Of a DNA stretch of 64,000 nt, positions 53,652-64,000 are shown in pieces. Source of the DNA: Bryobacterales bacterium (GTDB lineage: Bacteria; Acidobacteriota; Terriglobia; Bryobacterales; UBA6623); assembly GCA_963422375.2 (NCBI GenBank), contig OY729428.2, positions 2,944,001 to 3,008,000 on the forward strand. The letters run 5' to 3'. A program made the translations under genes and the position numbers. The first letter of the stretch is position 1. Each line of letters starts with the position of its first letter. The notes beneath the pieces are model-generated. The model did not search any database. It was not told where the DNA came from and saw only the letters and a program-made list of their open reading frames with translations.

Positions 53652-54569
53652 ATCTAGTGGGATTGCGACGGGTCTTCGCCGAATTAGATTGAATTCGGAT
53701 TCGCTGAATGTTGATATATTCCGGGCGGGATACCCACTGTTCTGCCCTCGAGCCGGAGCTGGAGAACCGTGCCGGGTATGCGGACCGCCACACGTTGAGG
53801 CGACTTGCGGCTGAGTCGGTCGGTAGCCCTGCCTCCGATCTCCCTGCGCCACCAGCGTCTTGGCGGGGCCAAGGCCCGGAATGACCTGCCCCGCCACAGT
53901 CTGCGCCGATGGCAGAAGCCTTGATGCACCTCAGGGGCCGATCGGCCCTTCGCGGCCCGATCCCAACGTGAGGGTCTCCCTCCTACTGCCTCCCCAACCA
54001 CTCGACGCTCCCCTCTCTCCCTTCCTGCGGCAGCGAAGCAGAGTGAGAAAACACCCTTAGCTACTGAAGGGATAATCTGAGGGATTCCAATCGAGATAAT
54101 TCAAACGACTACACCGACCCTCAAACCGGGACTGGAGCGGTCGGCACTCGCCTAGGACGGTGCCGATGCAGGCGCCCGCGTCACTCAGCGCTAGCACAGG
54201 GTAAGCTCGCACGAACGGCGCCCCGCACGGGTCCCTGACGTCAATCCAACCACCGGGCCGTCGAATCATCTCACCCGGGCGGAACGGCGGAGGTGTGTCT
54301 CTAGGGTCTACAGATTTCGGAGGAACACGCCGATGCGGAAGGTCCGGGCGGCCCTCGCGAACCCCTCGGCGGTTCGGATTCCAGCTCTACTCTCGAGGCA
54401 GATCATTCGTGCGACATCCAAGCGAGATGACATCGGAATGTCTGAGACTGGTCCCTGCAAGAGGCCCAGCCAGCGTTGCTGCCACTGCTCCTTGCAATAC
54501 TGACCTCCACAGTTGGCAAACATCTTGCCGAGCTTCCGCCCCAAGGACCTAGTTCTAGAAACTGGCATC

Positions 54570-55091
54570 CTACGGAGAACGATGCTTTCGAGGAACGTTG
54601 TAGATTATCACGTGCGATGACCCCACCATCGCGAGTCCCCATGTTGGAGCCGACCAAATCGCTACACTTCTGAGCATCTTATTGTTAGTCAAATCATCGC
54701 CAAAATGAACATTGAAGTCTCCATGACTGAAGTGTTGAATGAGCATTATAGTGGTCGCAGTGATTCCGGTAATAACCCAAGCCTTAGTGCGTTTTAGTAG
54801 GGGGCGCCGCCGAGATACACGACGCACTGTGGATTTCATGAGGGTCCTTCTGGACCCGTCTGTAAGAACGAGCTTCACTCCGTCCGGTGTCGCCGACAAA
54901 AAGCGCCCGTCAAGCTTCATTCTTCCATCGGTAGAACGGTCTGAATAAAGCAGAATGCGAACACGACGACCCACCGCTGTGCCTTGGACTGCAGACCAAT
55001 CTTCCATGAGTCGAGCCCCCAAGCAGTCCGGTGATACGGCGAAGAATGATCCAATAATAAGAGCTGTTGTCGGACTCTTGAGAATATTCAT
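54570..55091 (-). CDS. Hypothetical membrane-associated protein, lower GC
   Basis: 173-aa ORF with an N-terminal hydrophobic segment, a beta-rich middle and two C-terminal hydrophobic segments. Confidence 0.65.
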   Translation of the reverse strand: MNILKSPTTALIIGSFFAVSPDCLGARLMEDWSAVQGTAVGRRVRILLYSDRSTDGRMKLDGRFLSATPDGVKLVLTDGSRRTLMKSTVRRVSRRRPLLKRTKAWVITGITATTIMLIQHFSHGDFNVHFGDDLTNNKMLRSVAIWSAPTWGLAMVGSSHVIIYNVPRKHRSP

Positions 55092-55092
55092 T

Positions 55093-56125
55093 ATCGATTA
55101 CCCACAAGACTCAGCCAAGGTTAGGAGGCGGTAAGGCATGGGCGGGGTGCGCACGGAGGCGTGGAGCAGGCGGGGGACCAGCGCCTCCGGATCGTAGCGG
55201 CGGTTGAAGCGGTAGCAGAACTCGGCGAGGTACCGCGGCAGGTGCTTGCCGTCGAGCGCAGGGCAGGTTCCCGCCAGGGACCGCTTGACGTGCGCCAGCA
55301 TCGTGTTGACCCGGACGAAGCGGGAATCCCCGCAGCTCCGCTGCCCGTCTCCGGTGACGGTCGGCACGTGCTCGCAGCCGGCCTCGGCCACGCCCCGGAA
55401 GCAGGCCGGGCCGTCGGAATGCACCTCCGTGCCGGGCTGCAAGTGCCGCCCGGCCCACGCTGCCAGCGTCTTCTTGCGCAAGCCCGCCACGCTGCTCATG
55501 CGCATCCTTGCCGGCTTGCCGGCGGCGGTGACCTGCACGGCGGCGACGAACGGCGTCTTGCCCGCCGCTCCGCTCCCGTGCTTGCCGCCGCTCCGCTCCC
55601 CGCCCCGGCAGGCGTCGTCCACTTGCACGATGCCGTGCAGCGGCACGCGCTCGTCGCGCTCCTTCATCGCTTGCAGGAGCTTGTGCTTCACCTTCCAAGC
55701 CGTGTTCCGGCTCACGCCCGGCTGCCGCGCCAGTTCCAGCGACGAAACGCCGTGCTTGCCCTGCGTCAGCAGGTGGAGCGCCAGCAACCGGACGGTCAGC
55801 GGCAGCTTGGTGGCGGCGAAGATCGTGCCGGCGACGAGGGAGCTCCGGCGGTGGCAGGCATGGCACTGCCAGAGCTTGCGGGAGCGGCTGCGGCAGTGCC
55901 GGCGGGAGCCGCACTCCGGGCAGCGGAAGCCATCCGGCCAGCGGGCCTTGAAGACGGCCTGCTGGCATTGCCTCTCGCTGCCGTAGCGCTGCAGGAACTT
56001 GCCCAGGCTGAGTCCCTTCTGGAATTGCACGCGCTTGCGTTTCAGCTGCTATCCCCTTTCCTGTCAAAGATTTCCGACCTGCTTCAGTATAGCATATCCT
56101 CGGCTGACGTTCGTTGGTAATCAGG
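55093..56125 (-). mobile_element. IS1595-family element, second type (ISSod11-like); transposase ORF 55098-56030
   Basis: RWPDGFRCPECG, VDDA, VHSDG and RYLAEFCYRFNRR motifs. Imperfect TIRs GATTACCCACAAGACTCAGCC / GGCTGACGTTCGTTGGTAATC. The frame is open but many conserved residues are substituted. Confidence 0.88.
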
Positions 56126-58452
56126 TCCGGGTATGCAAGTCCGGATCTCACAAGCACTTGTGCGAGGTGCCGGAGAGCCGGCGGGCGAGCGGCGCGGTGC
56201 GCTCGACCGGCTGGCTGCCGCGGCGCGGGAAGGGCAAGCGGTCCGAGCGGCACCGTTTTCGCCGGACGGCCGCGGTGCCCCTGCGCAAGGGCCGCGACGC
56301 CCTGCAGGGCACTTGGATCGAGTACGCCGTGGAGCGCGACGGCAAGCGCACCTGCGCCAGCAGCTTCTTCACCGGTCTCGCGACCACCGCGGACAACGCG
56401 GAGCCGATCGCGCGGGCCGGCCGGGCGCGCTGGAAGATTGAGAACGAGGGCTTCAACTGCCTGGCGCGGCACGGCCGCAAATTCAATCGCAACTTCGGGC
56501 ACGGCAAGGACGCGCTGGCCAACGTGCTGGCCGTGCGGAACCTGTTCGCTTTGGGCATTATATATCTGAGTGCCGGCGACGCCATATCCGGCTAGCACTG
56601 CTCTGATTGGGGACATCGCCATCTTGCTCGGGTCATTGGTGTGCGGCCGAGGTAGGCACCGAAAGGTCGGTTCGTATCTGAATCGCGCCGGCCAGCGGAT
56701 TTCGCGGCGCACGGACTAAAGAGACCGCCTCGGGCACCCCGGTGGAACCCGGATTGCCGTGGAGAGGCTCCCCTTCCGGGACGGCTGCATCTATGAATCG
56801 TCCGGGCTGGACACCGGTCGCGGCGCGGGATTCCGGATCCGGAGCGCCCTTCGCACCGAGCGTGAAGAGAGGCTGCAGCTGAGCGGCTAGGCCGTGCTCA
56901 GGCCGCGACCGCGGCCTTGCCGACCAGCTGCCGGTAGGTCAGCGTCCGGCCGACCAGGCCCCGCGCCATGCGCCGCATCCGTTCCGCCGTGTCGCAGTTG
57001 CGGGCGTTGCGCCGTCCCGCGAACTCCGTGAGGTAGCGGCCCGAATGGCGGACGCTCATCCGGTGATAGGTGCCGTAGAGGCCGCGCTTGAACAGGGACC
57101 GGAACGACTCGATGCCGTTCGTATGCGCCGCCCCGCGCACGTACTCGCCGCCGGAGTGCTTGACGCCCTCGTGCGCGAACTCCGCCATGCCGGCGCAGGC
57201 CGCCGCCTCGTCGGAGCGGACCTGCGCGCCCGGCGCGACCCGGCCGCGCACGAGGACCTGCAGGTCGCCCTCGGTCGTGCCCGGCAGCGGCCGCGCGGCC
57301 ACTGCGTTCGTGGCGCGGTCCCGCGCGCCCGCCACGGGGGTCTTGCCGACCGGCCCGCGCCCGGCGCGGGCCTTCTTGCTCTCGTGCTTGTTGCGCTCCT
57401 TGCCGCCGACGTACGTCTCGTCCACCTCCGCCGGGCCGACGAACAGGTCCCGGTCCCGCTCCCGGCACGCGCGGATGCGGTGCGCCAGGTGCCAGGCCGA
57501 CTTCCGGCCGATGCCCGGGTCGCGGTGCAGCTTCATGCTCGAGACGCCCTTGAGGCCGGTGGTCAGCAGGAACAGGGCCACGGCCCGGACGCGGTAGCCG
57601 AGCTTGGTGTCGGCCATCACGCTGCCGGTACGCACGGAAAAGCGCTTGCCGCAACCGCGGCAACGGTACGGCATCGAAGGGTGGGCCGCACCGGACTGCA
57701 CGCTGGAGCCGCGGCAGCGGGGGCATGCCGGACCGTCCGGCCAGCGCACGGAGGCGAACCACTTTTCCGCGGATTTCGTCATCGGGGAACATGGCGATCA
57801 CTTCGATCAAGGTGATGCCTTTACGAAACCACTTCCCGGGATCTTTCTGCTTTGCCTTCTTCAACGACGACCTCCTATATTGGAACCAATCTATCAAGAA
57901 ACTCCACAGACTGTCAACAGATATCCGGAAGAAATATCAAATTAAATTATGGATTGATGATTTGCCAAATAGGTTGCCTCGGCACTCAGATATATAATTC
58001 CCTTCGCTTTCGCGCTCCACGCCGTGCTACAGTGCGTCTGCGCGCTGTGGCAGCAGTGCCGGCGCAAGCTGGTCACGCGCCGCGCCCTGTTCCGGGAGCT
58101 GCAGGCCGCGCTGCGCTGCTTCCACTTCCCGAACTGGCCGACTCTGCTGGCGGCGGTGCGCGACGGACGCGCGCCACCGGGCTGCCAGCCGGCCGGGGCC
58201 TGGACTCCGCGCAGTTTCGTTCCGGCAGCGTCCGGCGAGCGGTCGGCCGCCGCAGCCGGCTACCGCCGGAGTGCGTCCGGTCGCGAACTCGGCACTCGGC
58301 GGACCCGCTGCGAGGGCCGCGCCACGGCCCTGCCCGCCGTCCGACGCTCCCGCGGGGCGGCCTCGGGAGCGCAACCCCTCGGTCAACTTGTTCGTCTCAT
58401 CCTCCGAAACAACGTTCACGCAACCCCTTGATGGCCAAATTGAGGACCGCTG
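56126..58452 (+). mobile_element. ISNCY-like element, 3' half only, interrupted by IS1595 copy C
   Basis: GRARWKIENEGFN..HG.....NFGHG, continuing after the insert with ALHAVLQ...FPNWPTLL. Right TIR CCAAATTGAGGACCGCTG. Homologous to 62925-63599. Confidence 0.85.
56553..58002 (-). mobile_element. IS1595-family element, copy C (complete, 1450 bp; transposase ~56898-57864 frameshifted near 57775)
   Basis: TIRs GGGCATTATATATCTGAGTGCCG / CGGCACTCAGATATATAATTCCC. Perfect 8-bp TSD TTCGCTTT at 56545-56552 and 58003-58010. Confidence 0.95.
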
Positions 58453-58652
58453 AGCGGACACCGAATCGCCCGCACTGTTGAGGCGCACGCCCCTGCTCTC
58501 GCCAACGGCGTGGTCCCGGCCCTCATCGGCTCGTTGCAGTACGCTTCTCGAAGTAGGACTGCCTCGACGAGGCCTAGCCGTCGCAGCAATAGCGAATGCT
58601 TGGTGCCGGCCGGCGAGAAGGCGTGGAACTGCGTTTCGCGGTACCGAGCAGC

Positions 58653-58694
58653 CGACACCTGCCCGAAGTGTTGCTCCTCGTCCGTCATTATTAG
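58653..58694 (+). repeat. 42-bp imperfect direct repeat, copy 1
   Basis: CGACACCTGCCCGAAGTGTTGCTCCTCGTCCGTCATTATTAG matches 60424-60465 at about 33/42 positions. Confidence 0.7.
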
Positions 58695-58697
58695 GTC

Positions 58698-60248
58698 ATG
58701 AAGGGCTTCAACACAGCGGGCCCAGTGATTCCCGAGGACCACTACCACATCGCCCCGCTGTCCCGCTTGGACTTGGACTATGTGCTGAGGCTCATCCGGC
58801 GTAAGCAGTACTTCGTGCTGCACGCCCCGCGCCAGACCGGCAAGACCTCGGCGCTGCTGGCTCTGCGCGACAGGCTCAACGCTGAAAGCAACGGCGGCTA
58901 CCGCTGCGCGTACGCGAATCTCGAGTCGGCGAGGGCAGCGGGCTCCGAGCTGCAGGACGTCATGCGCGGCGTTCTCGGCGCCTTGGCGAGTGACGCGATC
59001 GAATCCTTCGGCGACGAGTTCCTGGGGCAGACGGCTTTCGGTGTCCTGAACCGGATGGGCCCGGCCATCGCGCTGCGCGAGTCCCTGAGGCGGTGGGCGA
59101 GGCAGGATCCTCGTCCGCTGGTGCTGCTGATCGACGAGATCGATTCCTTGCCCGAGCAGGGCTTGGTCTCGGTGCTGGCTCAGTTGCGGACCGGCTACTA
59201 CTCCCGCCCCGAGAGCTTCCCGCAAAGCATGGTGCTGTGCGGCGTGCGCGACATCCGCGACTACCCCGGCGCCGGCGGCGGCAGCCCCTTCAACATCAGC
59301 GCCGACTCGCTGCGGCTCGGCGACTTCTCCCCGGACGAGGTCGCGGAGCTGCTCGCGCAGCACACGCGGGAGACGGGACAGGAGTTCTCGCCCGCGGCGC
59401 TGAAGCGGGTCTGGACGCAGACCCGGGGGCAGCCGTGGCTGGTGAACGCCCTGTGCGACGCGGCCTGCTTCCGCAGCCCGGCCGGGCGCGACCGCTCGCG
59501 GGCGATCGCGGAGGGCGACATCTTCGAAGCGCAGGAGGACCTGATCCTGCGCCGGGTGACGCACATCGACCAGATCGGCAGGAGACTGCGCGACGAGCGC
59601 GTGGCGCGCGTCGTCCGGCCCATGCTCGCCGGCGACGACCGTGCATTCGACTCCGACGACGTGGAATACGCGAGGGACCTGGGCCTGCTCGCGGCCGACG
59701 ACCCGCCGCGCATCGCCAACCCGATCTACGCGGAGGTGGTGCCGCGCGTGCTCACGGCGAGCCATCAGAAGCTGCTGGAGCGGCGCGCATACCGCTTCGC
59801 GACCGCCGGGGGAGGCCTCGACATGGCGAAGCTGCTGGAAGCGTTCCGGCAGCACTACCGCGAGAGCGCCGACACCTTGGCGGACCTGCCCGGCTATCTG
59901 GAGGTGGTGCCGCACCTGCTGCTGCAGGCGTTCCTGCAGCGGGTGGCGAACGGGGGCGGGCGCATCCAGCGGGAGTACGCCCTGGGGCGGGGGCGGCTGG
60001 ACCTGCTGGTCGCCTGGCCCGGAGAGGAGCGCGACCAGCGCATTGCCATCGAATGCAAGCTGCGCCGCGACTCCCTGGAGCGGACCGTTGCGAACGGCAC
60101 GGCCCAGCTGGCCAGCTACATGGACCGGCTGGGGGCCGACGAGGGCCATTTGGTAGTCTTCGGCGAGCGGGGCTCACCGTGGTCCGACAAGATCTTCCGA
60201 CGCACGGAGGCGATCCAGGGAAGCTCCATCGAGGTCTGGGGCATGTGA
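58698..60248 (+). CDS. AAA-family ATPase with C-terminal PD-(D/E)XK nuclease-like domain
   Basis: FNTAGP start, Walker A HAPRQTGKTS, Walker B LLIDEID, and C-terminal REY..GRGRLDL...IAIECK. Confidence 0.88.
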   Translation: MKGFNTAGPVIPEDHYHIAPLSRLDLDYVLRLIRRKQYFVLHAPRQTGKTSALLALRDRLNAESNGGYRCAYANLESARAAGSELQDVMRGVLGALASDAIESFGDEFLGQTAFGVLNRMGPAIALRESLRRWARQDPRPLVLLIDEIDSLPEQGLVSVLAQLRTGYYSRPESFPQSMVLCGVRDIRDYPGAGGGSPFNISADSLRLGDFSPDEVAELLAQHTRETGQEFSPAALKRVWTQTRGQPWLVNALCDAACFRSPAGRDRSRAIAEGDIFEAQEDLILRRVTHIDQIGRRLRDERVARVVRPMLAGDDRAFDSDDVEYARDLGLLAADDPPRIANPIYAEVVPRVLTASHQKLLERRAYRFATAGGGLDMAKLLEAFRQHYRESADTLADLPGYLEVVPHLLLQAFLQRVANGGGRIQREYALGRGRLDLLVAWPGEERDQRIAIECKLRRDSLERTVANGTAQLASYMDRLGADEGHLVVFGERGSPWSDKIFRRTEAIQGSSIEVWGM

Positions 60249-60423
60249 GGCTACGCGATCCGATGCGCCGACACCTAGACCCGCATTCCGGGCCCGCCCA
60301 GCCAAGAGCGGCCGCTGCAAGCGGCCGGCGATGATGAACGCTTGCATCTGGCCGGGGATGAGTCTTCGCGTGTTCAGCCAAGCACCCAGTGCAACGGAAC
60401 AATCCGACGCAGCAGCGAACTCT

Positions 60424-60465
60424 CGGCACCTGCCCGAAGCGTTCCCCGTTGTCGGTCATCACTAG
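60424..60465 (+). repeat. 42-bp imperfect direct repeat, copy 2
   Basis: CGGCACCTGCCCGAAGCGTTCCCCGTTGTCGGTCATCACTAG. Its terminal CTAG is the IS1380 target. Confidence 0.7.
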
Positions 60466-63400
60466 CCCGGATAATTCATGAGTAGCCCGGAAGGCCATAG
60501 TCCGGTCCCTCCGCCCGGGCCGTGAGGGCCTCCGGTCCAGCGCGATCCTCACTCCTGCGAGTGCCCAGCGATCCCCGGCGGCAACCCCGACCCGGTCCGG
60601 ATAAGATCCTATTTTATAAACTGCAACTGTTTTCAGTCGGTAGATAATATTGAAGATATGGTCGCATCCGCAGGCTCCCAAGGCGTTCCGTTCCGCAATC
60701 CGCCCCGTCGCCGTCCACTTCGATCACGAGCGCAGCAGCTCCGACGGCGGCGCTGTCGCGGTCGAGGCCGCCGACCGCGCTCCCGGCCTCACCGCGGCTC
60801 TCGCCGACTGCCTGCGCGACCGGCGCCAGCCCTCCAAGGTGCTCCGCTCCCTCGCCGACATGCTCCGCCAGCGCATCTACGGCCTCGCCTGCGGCTGCGA
60901 GGACTGCAACGACGCCGGGCGCCTCGGCGGCGACCCCGTGTTCAAGCTGCCGCTCGGGCGCGACCCCTGGCAGGGTCGCGACCTGCCGTCCCGGCCCACC
61001 CTGTCGCGCTTCGAGAACGCCGTCACCGCGGACGCGCCGAGCGCACTGTCCACGGTGCCGGCCCGCTGCGTCGTGCGGCGCCAGCACGAGCGGCGCCCCG
61101 AGACGAGCATCGTCGAGCTGGACTTCGACCCGACGCACGGGGAGCAGCGGCTGGCGCCGTTCAACGGCTCCTGCGACACGCGTTGCTACTTGCCGCTGGT
61201 GGGCGTGCTGCGCTTCGACGACGAGCGCGAGCGGCATCTCGTGGCGGCGCTGCTGCGCTCGGGCACGGCCGCGGCCGCGGAGGGCTTGCTGCCGCTGCTG
61301 CGGGAATTCTTCCCGCGGGCGACGCTGCGCCTGCGCTTGGACGCGGGCTTCCAAGGGGACGAGCTGCTGGCCTATGGCGAGCGCGAGGGCCTGGAGTGCG
61401 TGGCGTGCCTGCAGAAGAACGCGGTGCCGGAGCGGCGCGCGGCCCCGTTGCGGGCGGCCGTCGAGGCCCGGCGCGCGCCCGGCGGCACCCCGGGCACGGA
61501 CCCCGGCGGGGCAGCGGCGGCCGCGGGGGACCCGCCGTCCCGGCTGGAGCAGTTGCGGGCGCAGTACGCGCGGCTGGGAGCCAGCACGCAGGGGGGCCGG
61601 CCGGGCGCGGAGGACGCGGGCAAGAACCCGGGCCCGCTGCACGGGCAGTTCGTCTAGCGGGCGGGCCGCCGGTCGCGGGCGCGGCGGGTGATCGTCAAGG
61701 CGGACGCGAGCGAGTTTCCCGGGCGCGCCCCCCAGTGGCACCCGCGCTACGCGGTGACCAACGCGGGCGGCAGCCCGCAGCGCCTCTGCGAGCGGATCCA
61801 CTGCCTGCGGGGGAACGTGGAGAACCGCGTCAAGGAGCTCGAGCACGGGATGCGGATGGACCGCGCCAGCCGCTCGAGCTTCGCGGCGAACCGGTTCCGC
61901 GCGCCGCTCGCGGCGGCGGCCTGCGTGATCATGCAGGAACTGCGCCGGCAGGCACGGGACACGCCGCTGCGGAAGCTCCGGGTGGACGGGTTGCGCCTCG
62001 GCCCGCTGAAGCCGGGGGCGCGGGTCGCGGCCACGGCGAAGCGGATCGTGCTGCACGTGCCGCGGATGGCCAGCGATTCTCAATTTGGCATTTTGGGATT
62101 TCCAGAGTGTCTGAGAAAGGTGTCGAAGGCAGTCTGGCACTTGACTTTTCCTTGCGGAATGTGTGAGCTAGGGTGCATGCCCCATGTCCTGGACTCGCTG
62201 CCGAGCGCCTTCCGCGAGACGGCCGCCGGCCGGCCCGACCGGCGCGACGGTCGCAGCAACAAGCGCTACGAGGTCAGCGACGCCGCCGGTTGCGCCCCGG
62301 CCTGCGTCTTCACCCCGTGCGAGTCGTTCCTCGCGTTCCAGCGGCGCATGGAGCGGGACGGCTCGCGCTCCAACTGCCGGACCTGTTCGGCGCGGGCCGC
62401 ATCCCCTGCGACAACCGGATCCGCAACTTGCTCGACGACCTCGACCCGGCCGCGTGCGACCCGCTCTTCCGGCCGTGCCTCGCAACCGTGGCCGCGCAGG
62501 GCGCGCTCGAGCCCTTCCAGCGCCTCGACGAGCGCCTGCTGGTGGCTCCGGGCGGCGTCCGGTTCCACCGCTCCGACACGGTGCATTGCCCGCAGTGCCC
62601 GCAGTGCTCGGTGCGGCGCGTCGGCAGCGAGCGCCGGCCGCATCACTTCCACACCATGGTCGCGGCCACCGCGGTGGCCGACGGCCACGCCACCGTGCTG
62701 CCGCTGATGCCCGAGTTCGCGTGCCCGCAGCAGGCCGCGGCCGCGACCCGCGCCGACATGAGCGAGGGCGAGCGCAAGCGGGACTGCGAGCGCAACGCCG
62801 CCAAGCGCTGGCTCGCCGCTCAGGGCGCCCGGCTGCAGGCCTGCCGCCCCGTCCTGCCGGGCGACGACCTGTACTGCTGCCAGCCGGTCCGCGAGGCCGC
62901 CGCGGCGGCCGGCATGGACTGCATCCGGGTATGCAAGCCCGGATCCCGCAAGCGCTTGTACGAGGTGCCGGAGAGCCGGCGGGCGAGCGACGCGAGCGGC
63001 ACCGTTTCCGCCGGACGGCCGCGGTGCCCCTGCGCCAGGGCCGCGACGCCCTGCAGGGCACTTGGATCGAGTACGCCGTGGAGCGCGACGGCAAGCGCAC
63101 CTGCGCCAGCAGCTTCTTCACCAGTCTCGCGGTCAGCGCGGACAACGCGGAGCGGATCGCGCGCGCCGGCCGGGCGCGCTGGAAGATCGAGAACGAGGGC
63201 TTCAACTGCCTGGCGCGGCACGGCCGCAACTGCAAGCGCAACTTCGGGCACGGCAAGGACGGGCCGACCGGACTGGCCGACGCTGCTGGCGGCGGTGCGC
63301 GCCGGACGCGCGCCTCCGGGCTGCCAGGCGGCCGGGCGACCGGGGCCTGGACTCCGCGCAGTTTCGTGCCGGCAGCGTCCGGCCAGCGTCCGGCCGTCAA

Positions 63401-63893
63401 AGCCGGCTACCGCCGGAGTGCGTCCGGCCGCGGACTCGGCACTCGGCGGACCCGCGACGCGGGCCGCGCCACGGCCCTGCCCGCCGTCCGACCCTCCCGC
63501 GGGGCGGCCTCGGGAGCGCAACCTCTCGGTCAACTGATTCACCTCATCCTCCGAAACAACCTTCACGCACCCCCTTGACGGCCAAATTTAGAACCGCTGG
63601 CGGATGGCACCGTTCCGGAACGCCTGGGTGGTGGTGGCGCGGGGCTTGGGGGCCGTGCCGATATGACGCCGGGCCGGGTCAATCCGGGGAGTGTCGGCAG
63701 GCGCCGGGGGAAACCGTACCTGCCCTCCGGGCGGGTGCCGCCGAGGAGGTGTCCGCGGCCCGCACGCCACTCGCGAGACACCCCGCAAGCCCCGCATTCC
63801 CCGCCCGCAGGCGTTTCGGAAGCAGATTTGGCGGCCACCGAGGACCCAGAAACTGGATCCATGGGCCTGCGCCGCATTCGTGAATAATGCGGG
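60466..63893 (+). mobile_element. IS1380-family element, copy 2 (pseudogene), interrupted by an ISNCY-like element
   Basis: Same TIRs as copy 1, CTAG at 60462 and 63894, in-frame TAG at 61655, colinear with 33794-35667. Confidence 0.92.
62071..63599 (+). mobile_element. ISNCY-like element (transposase pseudogene ~62177-63290)
   Basis: TIRs CAGCGATTCTCAATTTGG / CCAAATTTAGAACCGCTG. 9-bp TSD GCGGATGGC at 62062-62070 and 63600-63608. Motifs IPCDNRIRNLLD, KRDCERNAAKRW, GDDLY, RWKIENEGFN. Confidence 0.9.
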
Positions 63894-64000
63894 CTAGCCG
63901 ACGCGGTGCAGACGTACGAGCGCCAGCACCGGTTGGGGATGATCGGGCCGGATCGAATTGCGGCGCATGGATCCCTGAGCTCGGATTGACCTAGTGGGAA

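Noticed and set aside
58653..60465. Integron attC sites or CRISPR repeats around the AAA gene
   Set aside because: The repeat lacks the RYYYAAC/GTTRRRY inverted cores and palindromy, has only two copies 1.8 kb apart, and no integrase or cas gene is present.

Overview
High-GC bacterial window, most consistent with Acidobacteriota (Bryobacterales-like). This is inferred from three Oar-type TonB-dependent receptors, a CRTAC1/ASPIC-UnbV protein and DUF1501. It mixes housekeeping genes (prmC, rpsU, coaD, trpS, pgeF, feoAB) and catabolic/transport genes with many decayed insertion sequences: three related IS1595 copies, a second IS1595 type, IS66, IS110, two IS1380, two ISNCY-like and two copies of a 257-bp MITE. 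Several are nested and keep terminal inverted repeats (TIRs) and target-site duplications (TSDs). Several host genes are also broken (one TonB receptor, gntP-like permease, an alpha/beta hydrolase, an SH3 protein). I found no CRISPR array, rRNA or tRNA. Main leads: (1) a repeated CTGG/CCAG->CCGG substitution pattern between IS copies, with frequent CTAG in genes; (2) a MITE with a structured core and a tandem pair of NrdR-box-like motifs 32 bp apart; (3) an intact AAA-ATPase/PD-(D/E)XK nuclease gene flanked by a 42-bp direct repeat inside the IS cluster; (4) a conserved cryptic 3' segment in the IS1595 copies; (5) a ~150-nt rod-like hairpin upstream of rpsU. All alignments and counts were done by eye and family names come from motif recognition, not database searches.
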